Source of the DNA: Octopus vulgaris
Taxonomy: Eukaryota
Reading direction: 5' to 3'
NCBI GenBank assembly: GCA_951406725.2
Contig: OX597821.1
Span: 27,900,001 to 27,964,000 of the forward strand
Length of the DNA stretch: 64,000 nucleotides
Shown here: in pieces, positions 40,602 through 54,390 of the stretch
Layout: each line of letters opens with the position of its first letter
Position numbering within the stretch: position 1 is the stretch's first letter
Notes under the pieces: generated by a model
The model's database searches: none
What the model saw: the letters and a program-made list of their open reading frames with translations, nothing else
Told to the model about the DNA's origin: nothing
Position numbers and translations under genes: made by a program

Positions 40602-43100
40602 ATTGGAAGTATGATATTGAAAGAAAGGTCCTGAAAGTTGTAATGGAAGAACTGAAATAGTGCCTCGTTGCAAAGGAAGCAAATATAGTAAGATACGACA
40701 AAAGAATGAAGGGATACGAGCAGAATGAGTTACTCAGAAGTGATTCATTCTACAGAAAAATAAATGGAGAGTATAAAGATGAAAGTTCGGTGCCAGATGA
40801 TATTGCAGGTGAAAGACTTTGGAGTGAAATGAGGAGCAAAGACAAGGTGCACAAGAAGGATGCTGAATGGTTACAATAAGTGAAATAAATAGTAGTCTGT
40901 CCACAACAGGCAGAACTAGTCATTTCAGTTAGGGAAGTAAAAGAAATCAACAAAAATATGGACAACTGGAGAGCTCCGAGACCAGATGTTCAAGGCTACT
41001 GGAGCAAAAGCTTTCGTGAAAGTCATACACGAATAACTGCACCACTCAACACCCTGTTAAATGCCAACCAAATGACACCAGAGTGGTTGACAATGGGTAG
41101 GACAGTGCTGTGCTTGAAAACATCGAAAAAGGCAATACGGTAGACGATTACAGGCAATATCCTGCTTGCCGCTTATGTGGAAATTATTGACTGGAATAGT
41201 CGCAGAGTCAATGTGTGGACATCTGTTAAAAATGGTGTCCTCCCACATGAGCAGAAGGGGTACAAGCACAAATGATAGACATAACTGTACTTAAAGACTG
41301 AAAGTGGTGGAAAACTAACTTGTCCATGCCACGGATCGATTATCGTAAGGCATATGATAAGATCCCATATTTTGGGATTATGGAATATATGAATCTACTT
41401 AGTATTGCATCGCATGTTCAGCGACTGCTTGGAAAAAGTATGGCGAATTGGAGAATGGACCTGACAGCATATTGAAGAAGTTTAAGGACAATAGAATTCA
41501 GGAGAGGCATCTTACGAGGGGACTGGATGTCCCCCGCTGATCTCTGTACTGTACATGATACAACAAACTTTGATTCTGAAGAAAGCAAAGGGGGTGGGGT
41601 ATGTTTTCAAGAGCCGCTAACAAAAAGTCAACCACGTGTCATTCATGGATGACCTCAAACTCTATTGTAAAGATGAATTCCAAGTTAGTTCCCTCGTTGA
41701 TACGGTGTATACTTTCAGTGCTCATATCAGAATGGCGTTTGGACTGAAAAGGTGTGATGTGTTACTCTTAAAGAGAGACAAAATTAAATGCATGGATAGG
41801 CTAGCGATACTGTTGGGAAGGGAGTTATTCAGCAAATAGAAGAGTCGGGCTATAAGTTCTTGGGAATACTGGAAATGGATAAATTGCTGGAGAAAGAAAT
41901 GACAGAAAACTTTAAGGTGGCGTACTTGCGCAGACTGAGACTGATCCTTAAGTTTAAATTAAACAGACAGAATATGATTGAAGTTATCAAAACCTTGCCG
42001 CGCATGGACAGTAGACAAACTAAACAGCTTAGACAGAAAGACATGGGAGTTGCTGACTAGATATGGGATACACCACCCAGTAAGTGACACAGACAGACTG
42101 TATGTACCAAAAATGGGGAGGAAGAGGACTAATTGGATACGAACATAGCATTAGAGCAGAAGAAAACAACATAGTATGGTATGTAAAAAAATTGCCACAG
42201 AACCGCTATTATTGGAAGTAAGAAGTTCGGGCTGGTATGCATGGAAGATTGCAAAGATAAAGCACTGTACAAGGCCTTGAGAATGAATGAAACTGAAAAT
42301 GTGTGGATAAAGAAAAGAGCGTATGGACAATTTCATAGGGATGTTGAAGATAAGACAGACAGAGAAAAAGATGGCTATGGACTACTAAATGTGATTTAAA
42401 ACAGGAAACGGGGGATCTCATATGTGCTGCCCGAGAGCAACTGCTATGAACCATTTACATCAGATAGAGACTAGACAACACTTCAGAAAGTAAAAATTGC
42501 AGAATTTGAGGGAAAATGGTGAAAGCGTAAGGCATGTTACCAGCCAATGTACGCCACTAGCCCAGAAGAAATATAAGAGACACCACGATAATATAGCCAG
42601 GCTGTCCATAAGTATGGACAACACAGAGCAAAAATTTGGTATGACCACAAACCTGAAGGCATCGTCGAAAATAGAAATGCAAAGATCCTAAGGGGATTTT
42701 ATCATTTAGTGCAACCATGAGATAGATAATAGGAAACCAAACATAGTGTTAATTGAGAAAAAAGCAAAGGATGCTGGATCATAGATATAGCATGCCCAGC
42801 TGACAATAGGATATGCGATAAGAAAGAAAGAAAAGTCGACAGATATGACAAGTAAGCTTGAGAATTTAAGCAGTTGTCGGTGCCCTGGGAACAGTGAGTG
42901 AAAATCTTTGAGAATTACATGGAACGAATAGGGGCTGCAATAATGGTGCAGCACTCGGAGAAAACAGCACTGCTTTGAACCGCTCGGATATTCTGGATGG
43001 TGCTCGAAAATAAGAGGTGTTACCTTAGTTCACTAGTAGTAAACAGCTGACACCGTAGTACATCCCCAGCGTTAGAAGCTGTGCAAAGACAATAAAATAA
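40602..43100 (+). mobile_element. Degenerate R4/Dong-like RLE LINE, ~2.5 kb
   Basis: NWRAPRPDVQGYW, TPEWLTMGRTVL, FMDDLKLY (RT), HVTSQCTPLAQKKYKRHHDN (CCHC region) and RLE terminus; TAA/GAT tail. Confidence 0.92.
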
Positions 43101-43156
43101 TAATGATGATGATGATGAAGATGATGATGATGATAACAATAACAATAACAATAATA

Positions 43157-43232
43157 GGACATTTCCCCCATGGACAACATTCCCCCAAGAACTCCTGAGG
43201 ACAACAACTCCCTAGGAAAATTACCCCTAAGC
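43157..43232. repeat. Short tandem GGACA(T/A)..CCCC repeats, possible DNA transposon subterminal array
   Basis: GGACATTTCCCCC, GGACAACATTCCCCC, GGACAACAACTCCC, GGAAAATTACCCC. Confidence 0.5.
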
Positions 43233-44539
43233 AGTTAATCCTTATGTGTATCGTATTTTCCGTTGCATAAGCCGCTATTGTTTGACTGGGAAATTTGGTG
43301 TGCCTGTATTTTTTTATAAGTTTCAGGATGAAAATAATTTGTGTATTGAGAGGGAAGATCGGTCGGTGAACAACGTGAAAGACTACTGCTATAGTACATT
43401 AGTGCCCGGAAGAAAACAAAGCATCCTTGTTTCGTTTTACTTTCTAATTAACTTCATCATAACACCTACTTAATTTCATCATAAGGTACGCACTTTTGCA
43501 GCATTGAAGTTAGCTCGCAAATTTTCTTGCATGAAAATATAATCATGCATGCAATTCTGTATCCGCTTCAGAATTAACTTCTCATGAAATACCTTCTTGT
43601 TACCAGTTAAGATATGCTTGCGGAATCCGTAAGAAAGACATTCACTTTGATTTGTCATAGATTAAATTTCTCGTTTTAGACAAATAGGTGTAAAAGCATT
43701 GAGACAGCTCACAGTGCCACCTAACCAGACTGTGTGATGCATCTATTTCGGAGTGGCTCTCAACCTACAAAAACAGAGATCTGAAACGGAGACATGAGAG
43801 ACAGGCCCCACTTTAGATATTTGATTGGTTTCGCTAAGGTCCAGATCTGAACTGCACATTTGGTAGAGGATGGCTGATCATTTCAAGGTACTGATTTGCG
43901 TTTATTTTTGCGTTCTCTTTCTCCAATATTTTCGACTGTCTCAATAAACCTTTCATTGTTCTCATACAGCCCAATCTCAAAACGATATATTAATGTCACT
44001 GCATTTTCAGGCATTCAGTAATTAGTTTATTTCTTCCTTGCGCCACGGGGAATAACACTTTATTCTAGATTTTGTCTGTTATCAGCATATCTGAACATAC
44101 CTACGTCACCAATAAAATCAATGAAAGGTGAAGTATAACAAGAAAATTATAAAGTATAACTGAAATTATGAATATTATAAATGCGATAACATACAGTAGT
44201 TTTACAGTAATGCGATAACAATTCATATAATTGGTATGCAATTAGAGAAAACACCTGTTTTCAATATGGATAGAATTGAATCATATCGTAATTAGCATCG
44301 TTTTCAATTTTACCAAGCAACACCGAAAGAGACGCATCAAAGTGTGTCTTTGCTATAAGCTCCATTACAGAAGAGCTCTTACTGTATATACTTTGTTCAT
44401 AAATATACAACCAATATTGTGGACAAATATCGACTAGTTGCTATGTGAAAGGTTTATGTTATTTGCTTCTCGCAACCATGAGACTATTAAAACGTCAGCC
44501 TACGATGTGATTCATATTGGTTTCGTATACTAGCACGAA

Positions 44540-45196
44540 ACCCCAAATTTTTTTCGTGGGGCGAGGGTGGAGTCGATTAAATCTATCCCAGTACTCAACT
44601 GCTACATATTTTATCGGCCCGAAAGGGCTGTAAAACAAAGTCGACCGAGGCGGTATTTGATCTCAGAACATAAAGACTGACAAAATATCGCTAAGCATTA
44701 TGTCCGATGTGCTAACGATCTAGATAGCTCGCTGCCTAATTGTGTCATTAATATTGGTTCCAAATATTGGCAGAAGTTCAGTAAGTTCGGAGGTGAAGAG
44801 GCTAGTTGATTATATCGACCACGGTTCTCAGGTGGTACTTATTTTATCGATCTATAAATGTTGAAAGGTGAAGGCGACCTAGCACGTAATTTAATTTCAA
44901 AAAGTAGGGACGGAAGAAATGCCGTTAAGCATTTTGACCGGCGTGCTAACGATTCTGCCAGCTCACCGCCTTAGAATGTGATTAATATAAATTTCATATT
45001 TTTACAAAACGCCAAAGATTTCGAGGTAGAGTGTAAGTTTATTACGTTGAACCCAATGTTTAACTGGTACTTATTTTATCGTACCTGAAAGGATGAAAGG
45101 TACAGTCGACCACGGTGGAATTTATATTCAGAACGTAAAAATGGACGACATGCCGCTAAGCATATATATATAGCGATTCTGCCAGTTCCCCACCTT
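44540..45196 (-). mobile_element. Three tandem Meta/MESC-like SINEs
   Basis: Units at about 44540-44738, 44770-44972 and 45005-45196, each with TACT..TTTTATCG..AAAG..TCGACC and CTAAGCAT-like motifs. Confidence 0.82.
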
Positions 45197-45228
45197 AGAA
45201 GGATGCGATTAGTATAATACAATTCATT

Positions 45229-45425
45229 AGGCGGCAAGCTGGCAGGATCGTTGGTAACCTGAGCGAAATGCTGAGCAGCATTTCATCCGTCTTCATGTTC
45301 TTAGTTAAAATTCCACCGAGGTTAACTTTACCTTTCATCCTTTCGTGATCGATGAAATAAGTACCAATTGAACACTCTGGTCGATGTATTTGTCTTATCT
45401 TCTCTCTTAAAATTGCTGACATTTT
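45229..45425 (+). mobile_element. Meta/MESC-like SINE, head-to-head with the preceding array
   Basis: GGCGGCAAGCTGGCAGGATCG head, CCTTTCATCCTTTCG core. Confidence 0.82.
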
Positions 45426-46396
45426 GAAGGTGCTTATATGATACAAATATGAGAAACTAGCTTCATGAATACATTTAAAATTCAAAATGAAAGATAATAA
45501 TTTTTTTCAAATACTTCAACGAAATTATTGAATGCTGTTTAATTACAGAGAAACAAGAATTAATAGCTTCGGGTGGAAAACATTTTTGATTAGAAATTGT
45601 ATGAAAATATATTTAAAAAAAAACTATTTAAGCTTAACTCAATCTGCAGACCATTAAAAGAAATCATGTATGCTTCTTGAATTCAAGTGAATTTACTAGA
45701 AAGAAAATTTTGTCGGAAGAAAAAATACTTTTAACTAGGCGAAGTTGATTTAATAATCTAGACTAAATACCGCCTGTACCAAAAGTTAGGAATGTTATAG
45801 AAAAAGAAAAGTTACGAAATAAAAGCTATTTGTCTGTCTGTCTTTCTGTCTCTGTCTCTCTCTCTCTTTCCCCCTCTCTCTCTCCCTCTGAAAGGATTTT
45901 GCGTAGTAAATAATCATTACCTCCAACAATTGCATTTTGTTCAATTCTCTCCATTATCAACAACAATTCGGTTGCTGGTAAAATACATGTCAGCGTTATA
46001 CTGATGCCGATAGTCCGTTTAATTCCATATTCAAATTTCGATGTAGTCAATCATTCTTGTATAACTGTACAATACAACTTATCACTGTTCGTGGACAAAT
46101 AACTGGAAACCTTTATAATATTAACGCATTTGTAATATACAATAACTCAATTTATAAGACGTTTTGAAAAAAGCATTCTCTAAATACAATAATACGGCTG
46201 ATAAAGAGCTGATTCGTCCACAAATATATGCATTGTGTAAGAATAAATATGAACATTCACTACAAAATAGATATGTTCAATTCAATACATATACAGCTAT
46301 AATAATTTTAAAGAAAGTATTAAATCAACTTTAAATATATTTTACACAGAATATATGTCACTATATTTCGTGAACTATTATCTTGTAATAATATAC

Positions 46397-46441
<45 letters not shown>

Positions 46442-46603
46442 CATATATATATATATACATACATATATATATATGTATGTATATATATATACATACATAT
46501 ATATATATATACATACATATATATATATATATACATACATATATATATATATATGTATGTATATATATATATATATATATATACATACATACTTACATGT
46601 GGG

Positions 46604-46670
<67 letters not shown>

Positions 46671-46954
46671 GTTGTGTATGTATGAATAAATGCAAGATCC
46701 AGGGATCGAGATGTAGGAAGAAATTTAACAATATGAGGAAACTATATTTAAAAAATATATTTAAAATATATTTAAAACAAAAACAACTTTCATGACCAAT
46801 AGTGGCTTTTTGAGACGGAATGTTGCGTGTTATGTTTCTTTATCGAAGAACGATGGCCAGAAAAGAAGTTCTTTTTTATATTCCACGGTAGGCGACCAGG
46901 ATTGCCGACTGTGCGAAAAAGAATTCACAAGATTTACGGAATGGAGTAGGCAAA

Positions 46955-47025
46955 ATCCGGGGTACATATGTTTCATAGCGAGTTGAACGAGGTTTTTACT
47001 GCCGGCTACTCTTCAGGCCAAGGAT
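46955..47025 (-). ncRNA. Type-I hammerhead ribozyme motif, core intact, stem I imperfect
   Basis: Minus strand: atccttggc-CTGAAGA-GTAGC...GCTAT-GAAA-CATATG-TA-ccccggat. Confidence 0.65.
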
Positions 47026-47099
47026 AACTTGAATAAATTAGTCATTATCGCAGGGAAGTACTTGTCGCAAACAGGATCAAAGTAGTATAATAATCACAT

Positions 47100-47433
47100 T
47101 TTACGGATTCCATGGACAGCGAGGCTCACCAATGGAGAGGTTCTTAACCAGATCAACCGAAACTGTCGCTAGAAGCTAGGATCACCAAGCATAGATTGAC
47201 ATATTTGGGCCATATTATGCGGAGAAAATCTCTGGAGAAGGACATCATGCTCGGAATGGTCAGTGTCAAGAGAGGAAGAGGCCGACCAAGATCCCGCAGG
47301 CCTGACACCATCAAGAGTGACACGGGAATGGCCATAGCCAACCTGATAGAAGCGACCCAGGATAGAACTGGCTGGAGGACACTGATCCATCGAGTAACCG
47401 AGAGTCGACTTCGACTGAGCGGATAGATAAATA
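47100..47433 (+). mobile_element. RTE (BovB-like) LINE 3' end
   Basis: YLGHIMRRKSLEKDIMLGMVSVKRGRGRPR...WRTLIHRVTESRLRLSG* followed by a (GATA)-like tail. Confidence 0.9.
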
Positions 47434-48126
47434 GAATATTCACCGGCATATATCGGCAATGAATCTATTCTCAAAATACTAATAATTACAACCTCACCCC
47501 AGCCTTGTATCTGTATCACACACACACATATATATTCCACTCACCCACCCACACTACCACTTTGTATTAAACTGACACTAGTTTCTACCTAATACTTTAT
47601 CCCCTCTCTATATTCTACTCCCTGCCGCTTCGCTCCTAAACCCACAAATACATACGCCTACGTACTCCTCCACAACTTCATATGTTTTTTTTTTCTTTTT
47701 TTTGTACCAAATTGTGCCTTTCGGCCATAGCAACCCCTCGACTACAAACAACCACTATCCATGTTTGAATCTCCCACCTTACCTTGCTTTATTTACACAC
47801 ACTTTCTTTGTCCCCCACGATAAATATATTTCTCCTCCCTTTTCCCTCCAATGTATCTTCTCTTCAAATGCCAATTCGACTATTATAGTCTGTGTTTAAG
47901 CAAAACTACTATATTATCTACTACTGACCTGTTCAGTCCCTCCTTCCTCTCACTCCCCTAAAGTTTATATTATCTTATTAGTTTCATCGTTCTCTTCTTT
48001 CTCTCCTTCTAATACTTATTTCTCCCCACATTTATATACCTGTGTCATCAACACTGTGTCATCAACACATTCTTATTGAGGTCAACATGTACGTCCCTGC
48101 GGCAATGTAGCCTTTAATCTAATCAT

Positions 48127-48304
<178 letters not shown>

Positions 48305-48314
48305 CATTCATGTA

Positions 48315-49141
48315 CGTGTTCTGATCAATAAGCATTCAGATTATTGGCATAGTAACGAAGCTGAAGCACGCAGAGTAAGGCCGCTTGGTACAGATTGATC
48401 TTTTAAGTCAGATGCAAATGCGCACTAAATTTTATTGTTCTACCTCACTTCTGTTTACAGTAGTGATTAGAAGGAAGGTATGCAACGTGTAATTGTCGCA
48501 AATAACATGACAGAGGTGGTTGAGCAGAGAATCTGCATCAAATGCTCAGAGGCGTACGCAAAGTTTTCAAAAAGTGTTCATCATTCTTGAGACTATCAAG
48601 GAGTGTCTTTTGATCAGCTGAAAGCAGTTTTTTGCACAAACATGACAGGCACGTGTCTCATATGCAAATCTTCACTTATAATGGATTGAACTGAACCTTA
48701 ACTAATCTGCACAACCTCTGATAACACAGAGATAGTGATTGGGCGATTTCCTCTCACAGCCGCACGCATATCTGCGATGTTTCACTCAGTTCTGCTGGGT
48801 GCGGGCCTCCCAGAACGTTCGTAAATATCGACTGCTTTTCGGTCATCTTGGAAACGTCTAAACCACTCATACACTCCTTTCCATACTCTTTCTGCAAATT
48901 TGCGTAGGCTTCTGACCAGGTATCGCTATGGCAAATTTCGCTGTCAGTGTCAATGCGAAGATTACACGTTACACACTTTCCTTCCAAGCACTGCCGTAAA
49001 CAGCAGAATTGAGCTAGAACGTTTAAACGTAGCGCACATGCACTGCAGAGTTCAAGGTCAGTATTTTCCAAGCGGCTTTACTCTGCGTACCTTAGCTTCG
49101 TTAATATGGCAACAGTCTACATACGTATTGATCAGATCTCG
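48315..49141. mobile_element. Mariner-derived non-autonomous element built from two inverted 5' ends
   Basis: TA flanks; TIRs CGTGTTCTGATCAATA / TATTGATCAGATCTCG. Plus strand MTEVVEQRICIKCSEAYAK; minus strand WSEAYANLQKEYGKECMS..RSGRP. Confidence 0.82.
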
Positions 49142-49659
49142 TATATATACATTTATATATATATCCATATACACATAAATTTCTGACTATATCTAATATA
49201 TACATGTACATATGCATATGACTGTGTGTTTGTGAGTGTATGTGTGTGTTCATGTATGTAAGTAGGTATATTTGTACATATAATATATTAAATTTTAATA
49301 TAACGCCAATTTTAATATTGTTCTGATATCAATATATGTTGGGTTTTTTTTAATGGGAATACGCTTTGCTGGCTATAGACGTTGATGGAGGCAAGAACCA
49401 GTAATTGATAGAAATTATGTAATGCTTTTACGTATTGAACAGTAAATTGTCTGAGTTCAAATTTCCTTTCCAAATGCAGCATTCTTTTAATTTATATCTG
49501 GAGGGATGGAATGATAAACGAAATTTTATTTGATTCATAGAGAAACAATAAAATGAGAACTATACCAAATGTATTTGAATATACTTTTAATTGAGTATAT
49601 TTGCCGGGAGATAAATTGCTGCTTTATATGGATATAACTAATTAAAACATTTCAGTTTG

Positions 49660-50018
49660 CAAGGACAAGTCAAAAAGGATCGGCAATTACAATAAAGCCT
49701 CCTCCAACTGGACACACTGTGTTCGGTTCTGCCGTCTGAAAATATTGTATACTCGTGGTTTCGTAGCTGAGGCTTGAGTTTGACTGCTCCTCTTCTCTTC
49801 CCTGTGTTGAAAAGCAAATAAGGCCGTGTGCAACAAGGAAGAACAGAGAGCAGTGATCTGATTTCTCTAGATTGAAGGTGTTTCAGAGACTGATATTCAA
49901 TGCAGTTTTTCAGTAAAATACGGGGTACAACATTCTACGGTGAAGAAATCTGTGATTGGATCGAGGAGTTTAAGATGGCCGGACATGTTTGAAGTACGAA
50001 GAGAGAGGGAGAGTGAGT

Positions 50019-50064
<46 letters not shown>

Positions 50065-50950
50065 AAGACGCTTTTCAATACCCACTACTGGCGTCAAGAT
50101 TCAGCAGGATCGAGAAATGGTTCTGATGAACCGACGTGAGACCATCAATGATGTGGCAGTTTCACTGCAATCTAATCATGGTTCTGCATAAGAAATTATC
50201 CTCGAAAATCTTCGCTTCTGTAAGGTCTGAGTGAAATGGATGCCAACAAAATAACTTACGATTGAAAGATCCCACGATTCTACTTATGCCCAATCGACCG
50301 CAGAAGCGATAAAGGCGGAGTTACTTTCGAGAGGATACTTGTAGGAGATGAAACTTGGGTTCTTCACTTTCATTCTCAATCCAAACTTAAGAGTATGGTA
50401 TGGAACTGGAATCGCCTGCGAAAAAGAAATTCAAGTTCACGCTTCCGGAGAAAAGGGACGTATACTGGAATTTTATCTGGAAAAGATTCACCAAGCGTAG
50501 GAGTGGCTGTGTGGTAAGAAGCTTGCTTACCAACCGATGCTGGTGTGTTTACGTCCCCCTCACTTTGCGGTTCGGCAAAAAGAGACCGATAGATTAAGTA
50601 CTAGGCTTACAAATAATAAGTTCTGGGGTCGATTTGCTCGACTAAAGGAGGTGCTCCAGCATGGCCGCAGTCAAATGACTGAAACAAGTAAAAGAGTAAA
50701 AGAGTAAAGTGTAGGCTATAGTGAAATGCTGGTCAACAGCTTGATGCCAGTGATTTGCCACCAAACGCCGAGTTTTGCAATCAAATCAACTGTTGCACGA
50801 AAATGCACGCCCACATACAGTCACCTACACTGTTGAACCTCTCGAAAAGCTAGAGGACTATGTCGAAAAAATTAATCAATTCTTCGACACCTGCTTTTGA
50901 TTTACTAAATTAAAGAAAGAAGAGGGCTTATGGTTTTTAACTTACCTACG
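49660..50950 (+). mobile_element. Decayed mariner interrupted by (GA)n and a SINE
   Basis: ERILVGDETWVLHF and LLHENARPHT motifs; ends approximate. Confidence 0.82.
50495..50708 (+). mobile_element. Internally deleted CORE-like SINE nested in the mariner
   Basis: Head joined directly to the 3' half at CAACC; (GTAAAAGA)n tail. Confidence 0.88.
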
Positions 50951-52022
50951 GGGAAATATATACACTGTGTTTACTAGAAATCGTGAATTTCTCATAAATA
51001 ATAATTGTTTGTTATAATTCAACTCTGAATCATTTGATGTTTTGACTCGGTTAAAATAATGATATATGCGATCCAAGAACATCTTTATTAACTTATTTCA
51101 AAACTGACATGTCAATAGATAATTTATAACCCATTTTCAAGTATTTTAGATAATATTAAACACCGTAGATTTAAACAGTCTTCAGAATACAGTTTTTGCT
51201 ATAATACCACAAGTTATGAGTTAATATTATAGAAGACAGGCAATGAGTGTGAGGAAATTTAATATATAGTAATACAATCAAGGATGTATAACTAAATATA
51301 TCAATATTCCTATTCAATTAGTTAAAGGCTAGTTTAATGTCGTAATGATGCCATATTCAGGCATTTCAATTACAGAACAATAACTTATGACGACACATTT
51401 CATATCTTCGGATCCTTCCAATCACTTGAAAATAAATCTTCTTCCAGGCGATGTATATCATTTTCTAGCAGGTCCTTATTTCAACACAGAGAGGCTACAA
51501 TAATTAATTGTTAATTGTTTGGCTCGGAGACACAACACAAATTCCTAGAACACTATACGAACCCATTTCCTAACAGCGCCGCTCTTATTAAAATCATCGA
51601 TAGTGTTAACGCCTCACAGTCAGATTAATGCAGAAATTATGAATTGTCCTATTATCAACATCAGACAAAGGAAATTTTCAGAAGTCAGATAATGCGAACG
51701 GCTATCAAAACCGCTAACATAAAACTCTATTTAAATGTCATATTTCTGAAATAAATTGACACAAATGAATCTGTGTTGGCCGACAAGATAGCCGGGGGAT
51801 AAACCGACTAGTATTACATACCTCATACCAACTTGTCTTTCCTAATCGATAAGCTGTACCTAATTCTTTCATTTCTTCCATTACTTACCTCCTACGCACT
51901 CAGAAACCATAACATTTCTCTCTTGATCATTACTATTTTCCTCTCACTCACCCACTTACCGTTTCTGTGAACTTCAAATTCTATTCCTCAGCATCACTCA
52001 CTCTCCCCTATTCACTCACTCC

Positions 52023-52064
<42 letters not shown>

Positions 52065-52834
52065 GTCAATCTACCTCTGTATTGATTGCTGTATAATCTG
52101 TACTATTCACATACTTTTTTTTATATTAACATTACATTTATCAACACTGGCGCTCTGCATTAGGTTGTTGCTTGAATTTTCGGAAGTTTCATAACACAAT
52201 ATCAAGAAAACAGTATTATACGTATGAGAAGAGACTGCGAGGTTGTTAAATTCCGATTTAATAATAATGAACTGAAGCGGACAATATTTGTGTCGAATAA
52301 AAATACCATTTGTAACATAACAAATGTAAAGTTTATGGCCCATAACGAGTAGAAAGGCCGAAAGGATGCAAACATTTGTGTTAATTCCTTTGCAATTTAT
52401 TGATATCTGAAGGCTATAATTTGAATAATCAGTGTAGCGTGTATTTTCTTCCTTCAACAGTTTGCTAACAATAAATATTCCCTGAGACTGCTATATTGGT
52501 TACTTCATCTTTATTTTATTTTATTTATTTATATTTTACTGTTAAAATTCTTGTAATTTACATTTTTTTTTCCAAACAAAATGCCAAGAATTTGTCAAAA
52601 TCCAGAGGGTTGTATGCGTTATTTTATTACGTATGTTTTGTTTTGCATAACAAATACAATTAATCACGTTTATTGGAAACGAAATAACTGAAATTACACA
52701 GATGTGAAGAAGTCTAAGAACAGGGGTTTGAAATTAATAATTACTTATGAAAACAGATTTGAAAACAATAATGTCAAGTGGGAAAGCATTATAAGGTAAC
52801 TGCTATGATTCACGTATCTCATTATATCTATGTT

Positions 52835-52835
<1 letters not shown>

Positions 52836-52915
<80 letters not shown>

Positions 52916-53005
52916 ATCTATATATATATATACGTATATATATACACACATATATATACATACACATACATATATATATATATATTTATATATATATATA
53001 TAGCA

Positions 53006-53080
<75 letters not shown>

Positions 53081-53086
53081 TGTGTG
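52836..53086. repeat. Compound (TATC)n-(TA)n-(TG)n microsatellite
   Basis: Direct inspection. Confidence 0.95.
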
Positions 53087-53489
53087 CTTCATTTGGCTAC
53101 AATGAATCATTATCCACTTCATCGTATAACACACTTTCGGATAATGGCAATTCATGCTACATTTCATTGCCCAACATGCTGCGTTCCAATTGACGATATA
53201 CTCGAAGGCAACAAAAATGTTTATGATTTTATATATTTTCGTTTTCTGAAATTAGGTAAGCAGTAAAAACTAAGCATTATAACAAATGCACCTGCATCGC
53301 ACTTATAATGCTGTTAAATCGAATACGATGTGTATTTGCATCTGTATACCCACAGACTCCCGTATATATATATATTATGTATGCGTACACATGTATACAT
53401 ATGTTTGTATATATATACATATATATATATATATTTATATATATATATATGTATGTTTTTATGTATATATACATAAATATATATGTATA

Positions 53490-53536
<47 letters not shown>

Positions 53537-53926
53537 TTATGCATGTATATCTACATACGTGTGTGCATATATTATTGTCATGTTCCATGCTCTCTCGCAG
53601 ACAGCTTCGTTGAGCATATATCTACAACATAATTGAATGAAAGCTCTTATTTTCAAGCAAAGTAATACAGTGTCGTCATTGCAATGGTATTCGTACTGCG
53701 CAGATAATCATAAGAAAATACAGAGGCAGATTGAAATAATGAGGGAGGGAAGCGGAGAGAGATGAGTGAGAAAATGTATACCTGTAGAAAATGAAGATGC
53801 TTCATCTCTTGATTCTTTTTGTTGAGTGTATCGGTTGTTTCGTGAATCGAACTACCTTTCATTGAATGCGTAAGTAGCTTGATATTCTACAAATTCATGT
53901 ACCTGAAGAAAATCTCCCGTCATAAT

Positions 53927-53985
53927 GGTTGCTCCCTCTCGAGCCATGCGTGGCTCATAAGTGCCGGTTTCCCGGTTTGTTGGGC
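53927..53985 (-). mobile_element. 3' fragment of V-domain-like SINE
   Basis: Reverse complement resembles AAACCGGGAAACCGGC.CTTATGAGCC..GCATGGCTCGAGA. Confidence 0.78.
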
Positions 53986-53987
53986 AA

Positions 53988-54390
53988 CTGTCTTCTATAG
54001 CTGCGGACCGACTAAAGCCTTGTGAGTGGATTTGGTAGATGGAAGCAGAAAAATACCCGTCGTGTATGTATATCTATATATATATATGTGTGTGTGTATG
54101 TGTGTGCGTTTGTGTGTGTGTGTGTGCACGTTTGTGTGTGTGTATGTATGCATATATATTTATGGGAGTGTTTTTGTGTTTGTATTTGTACCCCCGCCGT
54201 CACTTGACAACCGATGTTGGTGTGTTTATATCCCCGAAATTTAGTGGTTCGTCAAATAGACCAATAAAATAAGTACTAGGCTTAAAATGAATAAGTCTTG
54301 GGGGCGATTTGTCCGATTTCTTCTAATAAAGGAGGTGCTCCAGTATGGTCGCAGTGAAAGGATTAAAGCCTGTAAAAGAATAAAAGAATC
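53988..54390 (+). mobile_element. Headless CORE-like SINE
   Basis: Starts at TGTCTTC-TATAGC; AAAGCCTTGTGAGTGGATTTGGTAGA; 3' half present. Confidence 0.82.

Noticed and set aside
51950-51998. Minus-strand hammerhead-like CTGAGGA...GAAACGGTA
   Set aside because: Stem I does not pair and the base of stem II is mismatched.
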